Source of the DNA: Cycas panzhihuaensis | Taxonomy: Eukaryota > Plantae > Cycadophyta | Reading direction: 5' to 3' | NCBI GenBank assembly: GCA_023213395.1 | Contig: CM041465.1 | Coordinates: forward strand, 167,407,741 to 167,471,740 | DNA: 64,000 nucleotides | Shown: positions 1-13,529 of the stretch, piece by piece | Layout of the letters: each line of letters opens with the position of its first letter | How positions within the stretch are numbered: position 1 is the first letter of the stretch | Translations under genes and position numbers: made by a program | Notes under the pieces: generated by a model | The model's input: only the letters and a program-made list of their open reading frames with translations | What the model was told of the DNA's origin: nothing | The model's database searches: none

Positions 1-2289
1 ACTCATGTATATCTTCTAACAGTTAGTGGAGGAGTGTCCACATACTCCTATGATTCATTTTCAGAAAAGTCTTTCTACTCTTTTGTTTCCAAAGATGACT
101 AGGTCTCAAGCTTGACCTGTTGATGTTCAACTTTTTGCTCCTATTTCACTTCAACTTCTACATTATCTAATTTTATAAAAAGAGATTCATTAAATATAAC
201 ATCTATATTAATAATGATTTTATGGGTAGTAGGATCCCATAACATGTATCCCTTCACACCATCTCTATCACCATAACCAACAAAGATATATCTCTTGGAT
301 TTCAAGTCTGACTTTGAACATTGACCTATATTAGTCAAGGTATAAGCATCAAAACCAAAAACTTTTAAATTTGAATATTCACATGGATATATAGTCCATA
401 CCTCTTCAAGAATCTTGTGATCTATTACAAGTGATGGTGACCTATTTACCAAATAATAAGTTGTCTAAACAACTTCTGTCCATAAGCCCTACTCCACTAC
501 TATATTATTCAGCATGCTTCTAACTCTTTCCAAGAGTGTCCTATTCATGCACTCAGTTATGCCATTCTACTATGAAGTATAGCTAGTGGTCTTATACATT
601 TCAATCCTAACTTCTCTATAATAGTTCTTAAACTCTAAGGAGTTAAACTCACCTTCATTATTAGTTCTTAAATATTTAATTGACCTACCAGTGCTCTTCG
701 TAACTAGATCCTTGAATTACTTAAACACATTGAAAACATCAGATTTCGTTTTCAAAAAATAGACCCACACCTTTATCGAGTAATCATCTATACATGTGAC
801 TAAGTATAATGATCCTCTATAAGATATTATAGGGGTTGTTTCCCACATATCTAAATGTACATAATCCAGAATACCTTCACTAGTGTGATTCTCTACTTTA
901 AACTTGAGCCTATACTACTTCCTAAAAACATAATGTTTATAAAAAGTCAAATCTAAAAGTTGCAAGTTAGGAAGCAACTTACAGTTTATTAGAACCTTAA
1001 GTCCTCTCTTACTCATGTGCCCAAGTCTCTGATGCCATAACTGAGCTGGATCTTTTGTATTTGATGTTGTAGTTGCATGGCTAATATCTATACTTCCCAC
1101 TAAAATGTAAAAGTTTTCTTTCTTTAATACTTTCATAATAACCAAGACACCCTTTAATACCTTCAAGACTCCTTCATGACCTGTGTACTTATAACCACTA
1201 GAATCTAGTTTACCCAAGGAAATCAGATTCCTTTTTAGATTAGGTACATGTCTAACTTTAGTTAATATTCTTACTATACCATCAAACAGTTTAATTCTTA
1301 TGCTACTAATGCCCACTATCTTATAGGAAACTTCATTTCCCATAAGCACATCACCACCATCAAGAGGTTGGTATGATGAAAACCAACTTTTATGTAGACA
1401 CATATGGTGTGAAGCACCTAAATCTAATAACCAATCATGATGATAATTTAAAATATTATAAGGAACTGAGACATTATTATTTGTACCTTGATTTGACTCC
1501 ACTTGATTAACCTCCTTAGTAGGATCTTCCTTTTTTCGGAACTCCTTCTTTTGTAGCAATCCTTCTTGAGGTGACTTGTCTTATTGCAATGCCAACATCT
1601 GAGCTTACTCTTCTTGCCTTTTGACTTTGACCTTAATGTGTCCCTAGAGCTTTGTCCTCTCTTAATCATTCTGCCCCTTACTGTCATAGCTTCTACTATG
1701 GAGATTTCAAGACAAGACTTCCTCCTCACTTCTTCCATTAGTAAAGCACTCACAACAAAATCATAGTCTAATTCATTTATAGTGATAAGACTAATTGAGG
1801 TGACAATATTATCCCAAGATTCTAGTAATAAACACAATAAGGTAATAACCTTATCCTCATCCTTGATTGTAACATCAATACTAGCTAACTGGAAAATAAG
1901 AGTATTGAAAATATTTAAATGATCAGTGATTTTTATACCTTCCTTCACCTGTAATAAGTACAATTACCTCTTTAAGTAGATTTAATTCGTCACTGATTTA
2001 GTCATGTACAAGCCTTCTAACTAAGCCCATAATCCTTCCATTGTTTGCTCCCCTACAATGTTAAATAGAACTTCATTCGATAAGTACAATTATATTATGC
2101 TAAGATCCCTTTAGTTTAGATCATCCCATTCATCATCATCCATCCTATGGGTTTCTTCAATTTGCCTACAAGATCTTTGTATAAACCTTGTTATACCAAA
2201 ACATCATATGTTTTTAGCTTCCATAACTCAAAGTTATTCTTGCCATTGAATTTCTCCACCTCAAACTTTGTATTCGCCAATTTCGCCAT
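1..2289 (-). pseudogene. copia gag-pol remnant (gag, zinc knuckle, protease, GAG-pre-integrase, integrase)
   Basis: ATG at 2289 gives MAKLANTKFEVEKFNGKNNFELWKLK. Also CWHCNKTSHLKKDC, WLLDLGASHHMC, LWHQRLGHMS and integrase C-terminal FVGY..GVKGYMLWDP. Stops and frameshifts present. Confidence 0.9.
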
Positions 2290-2348
2290 TTGGTATAGAA
2301 AAGGCTCACACCAAAACCTTCACAAACTCACTGTAACAATAAAAGTGT

Positions 2349-2359
2349 CTCTGATACCA
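2349..2359 (-). promoter_or_regulatory. primer binding site, tRNA-iMet
   Basis: Minus strand reads TGGTATCAGAG, 2 nt after the LTR-terminal CA. Confidence 0.9.
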
Positions 2360-2361
2360 CT

Positions 2362-3030
2362 TGTCAAAAAAACTAGGTCCTAATAACTAGAAACTACCAC
2401 CAATATCTAAACTATTTTGGAACTAGTTACAAGAATCAAAATTAAAAATTAATATGCAAGTTCTTAAATCATAGATAATATAATAAATGAATTAGAAATC
2501 TAAAACATCACATATACACCTAATATAACATGGTAAAACCCTAGCAGTATGGTAGGGAAACATCCACATAGGAAAGGTATCGATCTTTATTATCAAAGAA
2601 TAGAGAAATGTATATAATCTATAACAAAATGTTCACAATAACAACAACCAGCTACCCAACTCCTCATAGTACATCTAAAACATCAAACACCATCAACATA
2701 ATAAAAAAACACCCTAAATTGGAATATATGAGAGAGTCATATAAGGCACAAATCTTGACCATTAAATCTAGGATATTTTAAATGAATGACCCTGATTCTC
2801 TTTATGGTTTACTATGCTTTTTAGTGCTAGCTTTATAGGTTGGGGGCTACCGCCCCTGAATCCCCTCTTTATGGGGGTGAAGGGGATGGGGTTCTAGCCC
2901 CCTTTACACCCCCCAACTAAGGGGGGCTCCCACCCCCTTTGAATCTCCCTAAAGAATTTTAAAGAGGAAACTGTGTTGCCAACCTATCAAAATTTTAGCC
3001 TTCAAAACATTATTACTATATTATCTAACA
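2362..3030 (-). repeat. 5' LTR of the copia element
   Basis: TG...CA termini (tgtc at 2362, taaca at 3030). An unrelated RNase H frame resumes exactly at 3031. Confidence 0.75.
2842..2949. repeat. three GC-rich GGGG-N-CCCC hairpin units inside the AT-rich LTR
   Basis: gggggctaccgcccctgaatcccc; ggggttctagccccctttacaccccc; ggggggctcccaccccctttgaatctccc. Confidence 0.7.
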
Positions 3031-3410
3031 TATACTAATAGGGGTAGCCATGGCAATGTAGAGCCTTTCGCTATAGCTTGGGTCATTTAAGATCACCGGG
3101 GTCATACCTTAGTTCGATCTAGAATATACCTCCTAGATTCCATAAATAACCAAGCTAAGTATATGACCATCATAAAGGTATTAACAAATGTAATTAGCTT
3201 CCACTGTGGATATGTTATCATGTATTATGACTCATAAATTATTATATCCCAGCTAACTCAAGTTTATTGCATTAATCATTGGTAATTGAGGTTTTTAGCC
3301 ATGATAACTAGATCCCTCCTAACCCAATTTACTTCTGTTAAAATTCACCATATTCCTCATGAGCTTAACATTATTAAAGATGCTAGCTTGGTGAATTTTA
3401 TCCTTAAGCA
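3031..3410 (+). pseudogene. archaeal-type RNase HI (aRH) domain of a Tat element, interrupted at its start by the copia LTR
   Basis: Frame from 3031: YTNRGSHGNVEPFAIAWVI*DHRG...SINNQAKYMTII...YYDS*IIISQL...HIPHELN..D, a decayed form of DG.SRGNPG / TNNQAEY / DSQ / HIPRE.N..AD. Confidence 0.85.
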
Positions 3411-5900
3411 TCATTTTCTATTTGTGGGCAATTCCCCTTCAACTCAATGGGCCACTCATTGAGGTATGTTTCCAAGAGACAATTCCCCTAGTCTCTTCGA
3501 TAAAAGCTAGCTATTAATGAGGTAAAACTATAGTGATCAAACCTTGACTTACTGAGTCTCTATTCCCTTTAGGTATTTTGAGGCACCACCTCATCTACCC
3601 GAGGGGTTTTATGCTTCTAAGCCCTATTTCAAGGCTATGCTACCCATTTGGATTCCTATCAAGGCAATGCTTTGGTCATTTTCCATCTCCTATTGGCACA
3701 TGTTTAGGATTTATAACCACTAGCCTTAGGATTGATATGGTTAATGTCCCATCATCCCCCTTAGCTTGTGTCCCTTTATCATAGGCTCCACTATGGCAAT
3801 CACTATCGAATGTGATTCATGCACATTTGATTTTTGTTATTATACATCTTATATTATCTGTAATTAGTAACATTTATCATCTTCTAGCTTTAGATTAAAG
3901 AGGTTTTACTGCCATAGGAGTAGTGTTTCTCAACTTCCAGGAATGGCATTTTCATGGCAATGTACAAGTAAGTATAAGTATACATTCCTATCCTTTCTAC
4001 GCTTCATAAATTTATATTATTATGATTTTATGATGACTATGATAATTTTAGATAATAAATGTATGCTTTATTTGCTTACTTCACTTGCTTGTTCATCCCC
4101 TTTTTTTGCCAATGATGATCGAGACCTCGATCCATGGCTTTGGTGTCTCCTTGCCATGGTTTGTCGGTTAGAAAAGGAACCTCTCTATCCTCTTTCAACC
4201 CATTTCCTTATTAATTGTTCACTTATTTTTGTCTTTTTAACCTTGTTTTAACTTTGTTACAACTTTTTATTTGTTGATTTCCACCTTTAGGATTAGTCGT
4301 TTGTGAGATTTGTTTAATTAAATGATAAAATTTATAGAAAAAATAAACTTTTGTGCTTGTACCACTATGCATTCTATAAATTCTACCTATATCATTATGA
4401 ATTCTATCAATTCTACCTATACCATAGATATATCTATAGTAGCACAAATATATCTGTAGTACCACACATATATTTGTGGTATGACTTTTACAACATTTAA
4501 CTGTAGTCTTTAACATTTAGTTAGCTCATTTATGATGCTTTTATCAAACCTGGTAGGCCATGTCAGCCCTATGTCATCTTGTTGAAGTCTTGGGAGGCTA
4601 AATATGCCTCTAACAACTATATTTTTGATTTTTTTTAAGAATCTAACTTCCAAATCATGATGTGACTTATAGTTTTGGGTGGTGGTTTTCCCATATTATG
4701 GTCATGAAACCATCATCCCCTCACCTTGAAATTTTATATAAAACCCCTCATTTTTTAAAAGGATAGGGGACTCTTTCATTCTTATATAGTGATACCAAAA
4801 TGTTGCCAACTTTTCTACTTGAACTCAGTCAACTTTTATATAATTATTAGCCACCAATTGAGGTAACATCTTGTAGAGATCTTCATCCATACAATTAAAG
4901 GAGCTTTAAGGAGTTCTTTTTGGTAGGCCATTGGCTCTCCCGCCATCTCCAAGGGCTTGGGTAATCTCTATACTTTGTTTTCTTTGTGTTGTATACATCT
5001 TCTCTTTTCCTTTTGCCTCTTATCTATACCATGTTGCATGTTGTTAGGGCTATGGTTAATTAGTGATTACTTGATTTTATTCATTTTCTTTTGGTCTAGA
5101 GGGATAGGATCTAGATGCATGCATGTTCTTGCCTCTATCCTCTCCTCATTTCTTGAGTTATAGGATTTTGGGGAGGTTTCATAAGTACAACTTAGAAAAC
5201 CACCAATATTTAGAGGATATTAGTGCCATCATGAGGCACTTCTCCCTTTATCTCTGTCTTTATCTCATTTTTCTCTTTTATGATTAATGTTCAAGTTTAA
5301 ATGTTATATACTTGGTTAGTTTCTTTCATTAATGCTAGCATGGTATTCTTAGTTATTATTGAATGCCACTAACTTGTATGATAAGGTGGGAAGCAAAGCT
5401 TCCCAAATCTTTCACGAGCTTAGAGATTGGTTTCACATCAAAAGATCAGTTGGTGTTTACATTATTTTTGTTTCTTTCTTTTATCTCTCTTTCCTTTATA
5501 TTTTTATTACCTTCATGCTTGGAATGAGTAAGTTATAGCCCCATTTCTTCACAACTATGCAAGGAGCTTCCAAAGTAGGTGAGAAGGAGAACCTACATTG
5601 CAACTATCATTCTTACTGAAGTACACCTTATTACCTTCCTTTTTGTCTTCCTTTTCTAAGTTAATTTCCCTTATATTCTTAGTCACATATTTTTCCTTTG
5701 TTTGCTTAAACGAAAGGAAAGAAAAAAAAAGGAAAAGTGGGAAAAGGATATGATAAAGTATAAGGAAAGATAGATATTAAGAAAGAGAAGGAATAAAAAG
5801 GGAAGGGTAGTTTATAGGTGCTTCTTCTTCCTCTTATCCCCTCTTCCTTTCCATTTTAGTTGTCATTATTATCTTTTATATGAAAATAGGAAAAATTAAA
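3031..5900 (+). mobile_element. Ty3/gypsy Tat-type element A, 3' portion (aRH, 3' region, truncated 3' LTR from 3924)
   Basis: aRH frame, TAAAACTA motif at 3516, and GCCATAGGAGTAG|TGTTTCTC...GGAATGG at 3911-3946 matching the PPT/LTR junction of the young element. Right boundary approximate. Confidence 0.7.
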
Positions 5901-5920
5901 ATTAAAATTAAAATAAAAGT

Positions 5921-5938
5921 AGAGAGAGAGAGAGAGAG
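5921..5938. repeat. (AG)9 microsatellite
   Basis: agagagagagagagagag. Confidence 0.95.
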
Positions 5939-6399
5939 TAAAAGGGAGGGAGGTTTAGTAGAGTTTTACTTTCCTCTCACTTTACCCCCTCTCATCTCTT
6001 TTTTATTCATAAACTAAAAATATATATAAGAAATCAAACAAACAAGATCTACCACTTCTTTTTTATAAAAAACATTAATTCTACAAAGAAAACTAGAGCT
6101 ACAAACCCTAAACATTAGGAGAGGCTTCACCACATGAGTCTCAAATATGTATTCAAGTAGTGCACATGCACCCTTTAAGGGTAACTTGAGACCCTATTTC
6201 ACCTATATAGGTTCTGCACCCTAGGCCTATTATCTTTAAAAGAATTTGTCTTTAGTTATCCCTTTATTAGGTGTGTTCTAATATGCATCATAGATCTTAT
6301 CATGTTTTTGATCTAGAGGAAGATCATATATGATTATTAGCTTATTTAGTAATTGAATACTTCATTAGTTCAAATGAGCAAAGTGGTCATGTCATAAAG

Positions 6400-8689
6400 T
6401 ATTAGATGAACTTGTAACATGACCATGCTCAAGTGTGATAAAGAATTTATACAAACTATTATCTTTAGCTCCTTAAGTAATTATAAAATCACCATCTTTT
6501 ATGACACACTTAATGGTCTCAAAATCAACTTTCAAGTTTTGCTTAGTCATATGAATTATAATATGCAAATTATTCTTAAATAATAGTACATAAAGCACAT
6601 TAGAGATTTATATCATATGACTAGTTTGATTGAAAATGATTATACCTTACTCAATTACTTTATGTTGATTGTTATCATGAAGAACAATGGTTTACTTATG
6701 ACCTTCTTTGAGTTCACTAAACTAATCTTTGTAGAAACAATATTATAATCAATGTACCAAGGATCAACCATGCTATATAGAACACTAAACATAAAGATTT
6801 TATCATTATCATCAATAAATAAGATGATAGATATGCTAACTTTCTTCTTATTTGCTTTCTTTTTCCAATAATTCTTATTATGGTGACCTTTCTTATTATG
6901 AAAAATATACATAAGATTCTTTTTAGATTTGGATTCATTTGTGCTTTGAGGAGATGGTGGAGTTTATTTAGGAGCATTCACCTTAAGATTCTTTTTAAAT
7001 TGAGATGTTAATGACATGTTGCTACTACTACTAATATAACCTCCTATGCATTGCTCCTCATGTAAGTGAAGTCTAGTTAACTCCTTAAATATAAGTGGTT
7101 ATACTTTCTTAGTCAAACATAAATTGGCTATAAATTTATAATAGCCTTCATGCAACCTATTAAGTGTGATCCTCCCAACCATTTATTTCCTCACCTATTA
7201 TAATTTATTGATCTCTTATCTTAATTTTTACAAATAATAATATATGGAGTCATCTATAGTCATTCTATAATGAATAAAATATATTTCTCAAGTACAACAC
7301 TCTTGTCTCTTTTTTGGTCTCATATACATCTTATAGAGTCTGTCATATATCCCTTAATGTAGTCTTGCTTTGTAGATGTGTGGTGAACCCATCAATAACT
7401 AAGGTCCCAATAATCACTAATATCCCTTAATTATGATCCTCTCAATCTTCAATGTCTTTATTTATCCCTATTGAGAAAGGTGTTGTGGTTCCAGTTGTGG
7501 CCTATGTAGAAGTCACAACTAGCTTTGGTTCTTTTCCTTCAATAATCTTTATTAATTTCTTAAGCACTAAAATATTAAAAATTTTAAATTTTTATATTAT
7601 ATAATTCTTGCTATGTAATTTGTGTGCATCTAGTAGAATATAACTAGTGATATTAACACCTAATATTTTAGGAATTAATGCACGTGATAGACTATAAATA
7701 TGAGCTTATTAAAAAAAATGGTGATTGCATGGTCTTATGATAAAATTCAACCATTAAAATTAAATATGATAAAAAATAAGATGTTGGAAATGAAAACTAC
7801 AAAAGTTAGATAATAAACAAATAGGAAAACAACTTTATCCTATTTTAGAGTGTTTAACCCTTTGTTACATATGACTAACAACTTAAAAAATAAAGGATAG
7901 ACTTAAAATATATTCATAACTACTAAAATTTCTTTTAAACGTTAGAAAACCATGTAATGAAGCAAACTTATTAAAGATATTTTAAAAACCTTATAGATTT
8001 TCTTTAGCCACCGTTGCCCAAAGTTGCCTATCTCCAATCACAAGCCTCATAAGATCATTTTTTAAGTAATTGTTTGTATCCAATCATTGATGTAAGTTGA
8101 TATTAACCTAATTTAGGAACCCATAGGTAATTTTCATGAAGAAATTTTAAATTTTTTACTATTGAAAGCTCGAAATGAGGATTTAGAAAGTTGCCCTCTT
8201 TCTCTAACTTTTAGGATGATTTTACACCAAGATTTCTTATTTTAAAGGCTAAGATTAGTGTCAAATGAGTCTTATATCTATTGGGAACAAACCCAAAAGT
8301 AGAAATGTTACAAATATAAGAGATTCAAAGTGCCTACTTTGGAAAAAGATGCCCCTATAGTAGAACCAATGCACTTTTCACTATAAAAACAATTGTGGGT
8401 TTACTTAAAAGTAGAGCAAATTAGTAATAAAGATGCCTAAAAAGTAGAAAATCATGATTAGACTCAAAATTTTCTCATAAAATTAACAAAGGTATTTGAT
8501 GCCATGTTGAAACTTAGACCAAAAGTAACAAAAACATGGGAGGAAATAAGAACATATTTACACAATAATATATAAGAAAAAAATAATAGTGGATTAGATC
8601 ATAATGTGTGTAATGAGCTCTCACCAATCTACTCTCCATGGTAGACCAATGCTACTGAAACACTTGAAAATAAATCCTCACGTGATAAT
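6400..8689 (-). mobile_element. highly decayed Ty1/copia element (gag/protease remnant, degenerate PBS, start of 5' LTR at 8505)
   Basis: Decayed knuckle (..KKGHHNKNYWKK) and protease-like PWYIDY. Minus strand CAACA|TGGCATCAAA at 8495-8509 resembles an LTR end plus iMet PBS. The LTR is cut at 8690 by a Tat insertion. Confidence 0.6.
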
Positions 8690-11600
8690 TATTTTCCACA
8701 ACCTAGGAAAGTCATGGTCAACATACTAATAAGTGAGTAAAGGTACACACTTCATGTTTTTTTCTCTTTTAAAGTTTTAGCTTAGTTTAGTTTAGTTTTT
8801 ACTTTTTATAAATGTGTGCTTTTGTTTACTTATTGTTATGGAAGATGGGTGTATGTGTATTCAATCAAGGATGAGTTTGACCATGGTCAGTGGCTATAAA
8901 ACTTGTCCATCCATGTTTAAAAGGTTGAAGAAAGGCATTTTAGTATCTTTATAGTCACATCTTACCCTTCCTCCACTCTTGTTTATAGCATTACTCTACT
9001 TAACTTGCTCTCTTTTACACTTTTTGTCATTAAAACTAATATTGTTTCATGCATTTACTCTCATCCCATTATGATTTGTATCTATATAGTCTTGATTTTT
9101 ACTAATTCTATTTTGGATTTTCACTAATGTACTCTATTTCCTATTTGATTTTACAATTTTGGGATCTTTGTGATATCACAAAGTTCATCATAATACTATG
9201 AAAACTCAAATTTTGTACTATTGTGGTAAACTTTAGGGGATATGTTTTCTCACTTTCAAATTTTTTTAGTCTATGGTTGGTCATGTATTTATGGTACTCA
9301 ACCATAGCCTATTCCATCAAAACCATGGTCTTCTCATGGCTTTTGATTCAAGACCATGGGCCAATTAATGCTTTGGGATTAATTGGCATAAAAATAATAG
9401 GTAATTTACCCATAGTTTATTGGAAAACTATTGGCCTAAAACCATGGGTCTTTTCCTCTCCTTTTCTTATTTATATACCTTTTCCATACTTAGCTTAGAT
9501 ATTAGACATTAGTAGATATTAGAGTACTCTTTCATTGGAACAAAATGTCATTAGCATCCCTCCTTCACTAAGAATTGGGACAACACCCCTCACACTAGTA
9601 GTATTTCCTCCTCCTTTTTAACTATTTATTATTGTTCTCTTTAGTTTGAATTGCTTTATGTTTGATGCCTTCTCTTTTACTTATTTCTACTATTTCCTTT
9701 GCATGTTTGACCTTTCCATTATGTGAGTGTCTTGTAAGAGGAAAGTATATTTGGTATTGCCTATTGATCTTAGAAGATGATGGTAACATAGCCATTTAAG
9801 AGGCCCTTTACACACCGATTCATTATTTGACCTTAACTTGTTGCTTAATTTCTAGTTAATATCATTTTCATTTGTGAAAATTTAAGATTTCTTTGTATGC
9901 TACTAACTTGCCAAGTGGAGGAGTGTTACAGTTTACCTTAGTGCAAATTGGAGGTGCATGGAGCTTGTTAGAATCCCCATTTCCTCCCCTCCTCCTTCTA
10001 CTAAAATATAAAGTGCCTATTACATAGTTAGAATGCTACCCAATTTTTATTAGAAATCACCACAAGATATGTATTAAGAAGCTTGTTTCAAAGTCATTTT
10101 CTAGCATTTTAGATTTTATACAAAACTTTATTTTATCATAGGCTCATCCAACAAGTAGAAATATTATCAAAATTTTCCTAGAAAATTCACCAATATTTAC
10201 ATACCTTTAACGTGGTTTTGAGCTTATTGGCATCTTAGATTATTATGTGGGTTATATGCCAAAAGAAGTTTTGAAAGTAAAATTATTGCAAGGTTCAAGT
10301 GATCTTCTCGAAACCCTTCTCTATAGGCCTCTCTTTCAAAATGAAAAGGCTTGAAATCATACTTTTTATTTCATAATTTTACTTAAAAAGGGAAAAATAG
10401 GAGAAAGTAATTTGTCTATTTGACTTTCATTACTAGTTGCTTCTCCCTTTGCCTTTCATGTAGTTATATTTTTATTTACAAATGAAAAGTGTTTTAAAAA
10501 ACCAAAACCGAAAGGGTTAAGGAACTTTTATATTTCATGCACCACACTGCATGCTTGATTGACCTTTTGTGTCTACTTAAATGAATGCTATAACAAATCA
10601 TAGATTCACACTTGTTGTGAGTCCTCAAATCTGTGGGGCTCACAAACATTTCTTTTAAAGGTTAGTAACTTCTTATTTACATTCAATTTAAAGCTACATC
10701 ATAACTATATTTTAATGTTTATTATTTGCTCTCCTTAGTCTTTTTAGGGTAGGTTCCTTCTTATACTAAAGAGGAGGGATTATGATCTTTCTACTTAGAT
10801 TTCATTACTAAATGAGAGAGATAATCTTATGCCTTTATGTGATGTCAAGTCTTCTATATCCATATTCTAAATAATATAGTAGAGGGAATCTATTCTTACT
10901 CTATGCTTATACATAGGGTGTTGATAGCTAAGTGGGCTCCATTTATCTTATTAAGAATAATGTCTTCTTTGTCTTCATCTCTTTAGACTTCAAAGTTCAT
11001 TAGGTTTAGACATGGGTACTGCCAAGTTACTTTACACTTAGGTGAGATGGGTCACCACTATTAACAAGTAATTACTAATTTATCCATAAGTAGATTGATC
11101 CTATAGTCTTGACTCATTTAGACCTCTTACTCTAGGTATTCTTTTTCCTACTTCTTATAGATTGAATCTATCATTTAAAGGTCATATAAGAGTTGAGTTA
11201 GTATATGTTAGTCTCCTTTTGGGAGGGGGTCATTACATAAGATATGCATGTAGAAGTATTTGTAGTTAGGCATTTCTACTTGATTGACCCCCTCACATTG
11301 TGAGGGCTTTTTCTGGGTGTTGTGTGGTCCTTTTGAGGATAACTTATTGATAGATAGGCTGATTTGTTCCTAAAGATTTTAGTTAAGTTTATAATTTTCT
11401 CTTTATTTATTTACGCATTTGATTCTTCATTTACATGTTTTCATAATTTTCTTGATTATGTATCTAGTTTAGCATTGTTTCTAGGTTTTTATTTTATTTT
11501 TTTCTTTTCTTATCGACACATTACATACACTTGTATGTTACCTAGCTAAACTAGGAAACTTTGGTCAGGTTGCCCCCACACCCAAGTATAAGAGATGAAT

Positions 11601-11719
11601 GCATGCCTCATGGGGTGTGTATTCTCATTCCTCTTTTGACATAGGTCCCACTTACCCTTTGGACATATATAGTTGGATCATGTTATATGTCTTCTCCTCC
11701 CACAGGCCTAACGGTTTCA
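8690..11719 (+). repeat. Tat LTR (about 3.0 kb)
   Basis: Decayed terminus TATTTTCC...GTTTCA. Colinear inverted homology to 57376-60424 (e.g. TTTGACCATGGTCAGTGGCTA, TGAGTCCTCAAAT, TTTTGACATAGG). Confidence 0.8.
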
Positions 11720-11720
11720 A

Positions 11721-11738
11721 TGGTGACCATACTAGGGA
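11721..11738 (+). promoter_or_regulatory. primer binding site, tRNA-Arg type (decayed)
   Basis: TGGTGACCATACTAGGGA, comparable to TGGCGACCATCTTGGGAC in the young element. Confidence 0.75.
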
Positions 11739-13529
11739 CTTGCTAATTGGGTCTTAGCAAATACTATATTGTTGATGCCCTCTCTTTACTTAATTTAATC
11801 TCTTCATTTCATGGTAAGAATTTTATAAGTTTTTAGTCCTTTCACTTGAGGATCCCTCACATCTTTCTCATAAATTTAGAGTCTAAGTATACATAAAAAA
11901 TTCTAATCACTAGTGCTTTCCACATTTGCCTTTCATATATGATAATTTTATTATTGCTTTAAAGGCCTACCTCTATTAGGCTTAGATACTTCAATTCGAT
12001 CTAGCCATCTACTTGCTAAGTAATTCTTAATAATAAGCTAGCCTCTACTTGAGTGGCCTATAGACCCCTTTTAGGCCTAACTACCTTATCAACCATAAGT
12101 GGCTTATCAAATATAAGACCCATATCAAATGTAGGATCCTTACCAAGCTTATTCCTAGGATTGATCCTAATGGATTGATCCATATGTTTCATAAGTGCCT
12201 TACTAAGAGGGATTGGACTCCAGTTACCTGCCTTATGAATGAGATGCATTCTATGAAAACCTTATAAAATCCCTCATTCACATTATTAAAGTTACTTAAC
12301 CCCTTAACCATTTCCAAGCCCTTAAGTCATTAACTTAATACTTATATTTTAATTAAACCTAAGTGGGCAAACAAGCTCCTAATCCTTTGTAAGCTCAAAA
12401 TACTTTTGGGACATTGTAGCCACCCTTATAGCTTAGTTTAGGAGATACCACTCTTTCTTAGGCCTATTGCATATTTAAGACTACTCATGACCTAATCCCA
12501 TCTATTTCCTAATCCAAATAGTAAGTAGTCTCGCTATAGTAGGCTACTTTGTAACCTATAGCTTCATTTTCCCCTTTACATACCCAACCCCCACTAATAA
12601 TAGCCCTATTTATGGGTCCCACTTTAGTGATAGGTCTTTAATCTACCCTCTAAATATACTAATCCATCCCACCTATCCCTCCAACAAGTGGGATCCACAC
12701 CTCTATTCCATAACTTAGAGGTACTTGGTCTAACACTTTTATTCCATTAGTTCCATCTCATCCTTGATTAATAGGACCTTGGGGGATTCTTCACCCTCTT
12801 CCATATTATTTTAGACCTATTCAGCCTATTCCCTAGCTTTTGCAGTCCACCTTTGTCTTACCTAAGTATCTTATTTAGTAGGAGAGGTAAGATGGGCCTT
12901 ACCCCCAACCTACCTTTGGAATTTGCCCTCTTTGCTTATATGGGGTTACCCCTCGAAATGAAGGCCTATATAGGTAGAATCCCATCCCACATCCTTATTC
13001 TTATTTTATTATTTTATATCAAGCTATGCCTATGGGTCCTCCATCATACCTTCCTCTTACTAAGTTGCAAGACCTCATGCTTCACTAACATATTGGGTAC
13101 CACATATCCAGCCCTACCAAGCTCAAATTAAGCCCACCCTTACCCCATCTTATATAGCCATTCCTTAGGGAGCAACTACATAGGGTGGTTTTTTATACCA
13201 AATCTCTCCATATAGCTCTATAGCGTATAGAGGATCTATTTCTTATTTACCTAATACCTATGCCTAAGTAATATCTTGTTATTAAGCTAGGAATGTCATG
13301 TGACCCATTCTACCTTACTAATCCTACTAATGGGGGAAAACACCCTATGATAGGACCTAAATCTAATAATTTTATCCACCTTAACCTATCTTTCCACTTG
13401 TTAATCCCTTAATTCAACTAAGGGCATACCCATTTGTTAACTATTGAACCATCCCACTCTCCCTTAAAGCACTTATAACTAATTTTCCACCTCACCCCAT
13501 AAAAAATGCCTAAGTTTGAGGGTACTTCA

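Larger units (their letters stand above)
1..3030 (-). mobile_element. Ty1/copia LTR retrotransposon (Tork/Tnt1-like), 5' half, decayed; continues beyond the window start
   Basis: 5' LTR 2362-3030, iMet PBS, then gag, protease and integrase on the minus strand. Confidence 0.9.
8690..13529 (+). mobile_element. Tat-type element E: 5' LTR, PBS, leader and start of gag; truncated by a copia insertion
   Basis: LTR ends GGTTTCA at 11719, PBS follows, then a Pro/Ser-rich region ending in the gag motif KMPKFEGTS at about 13503-13529. Confidence 0.75.
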
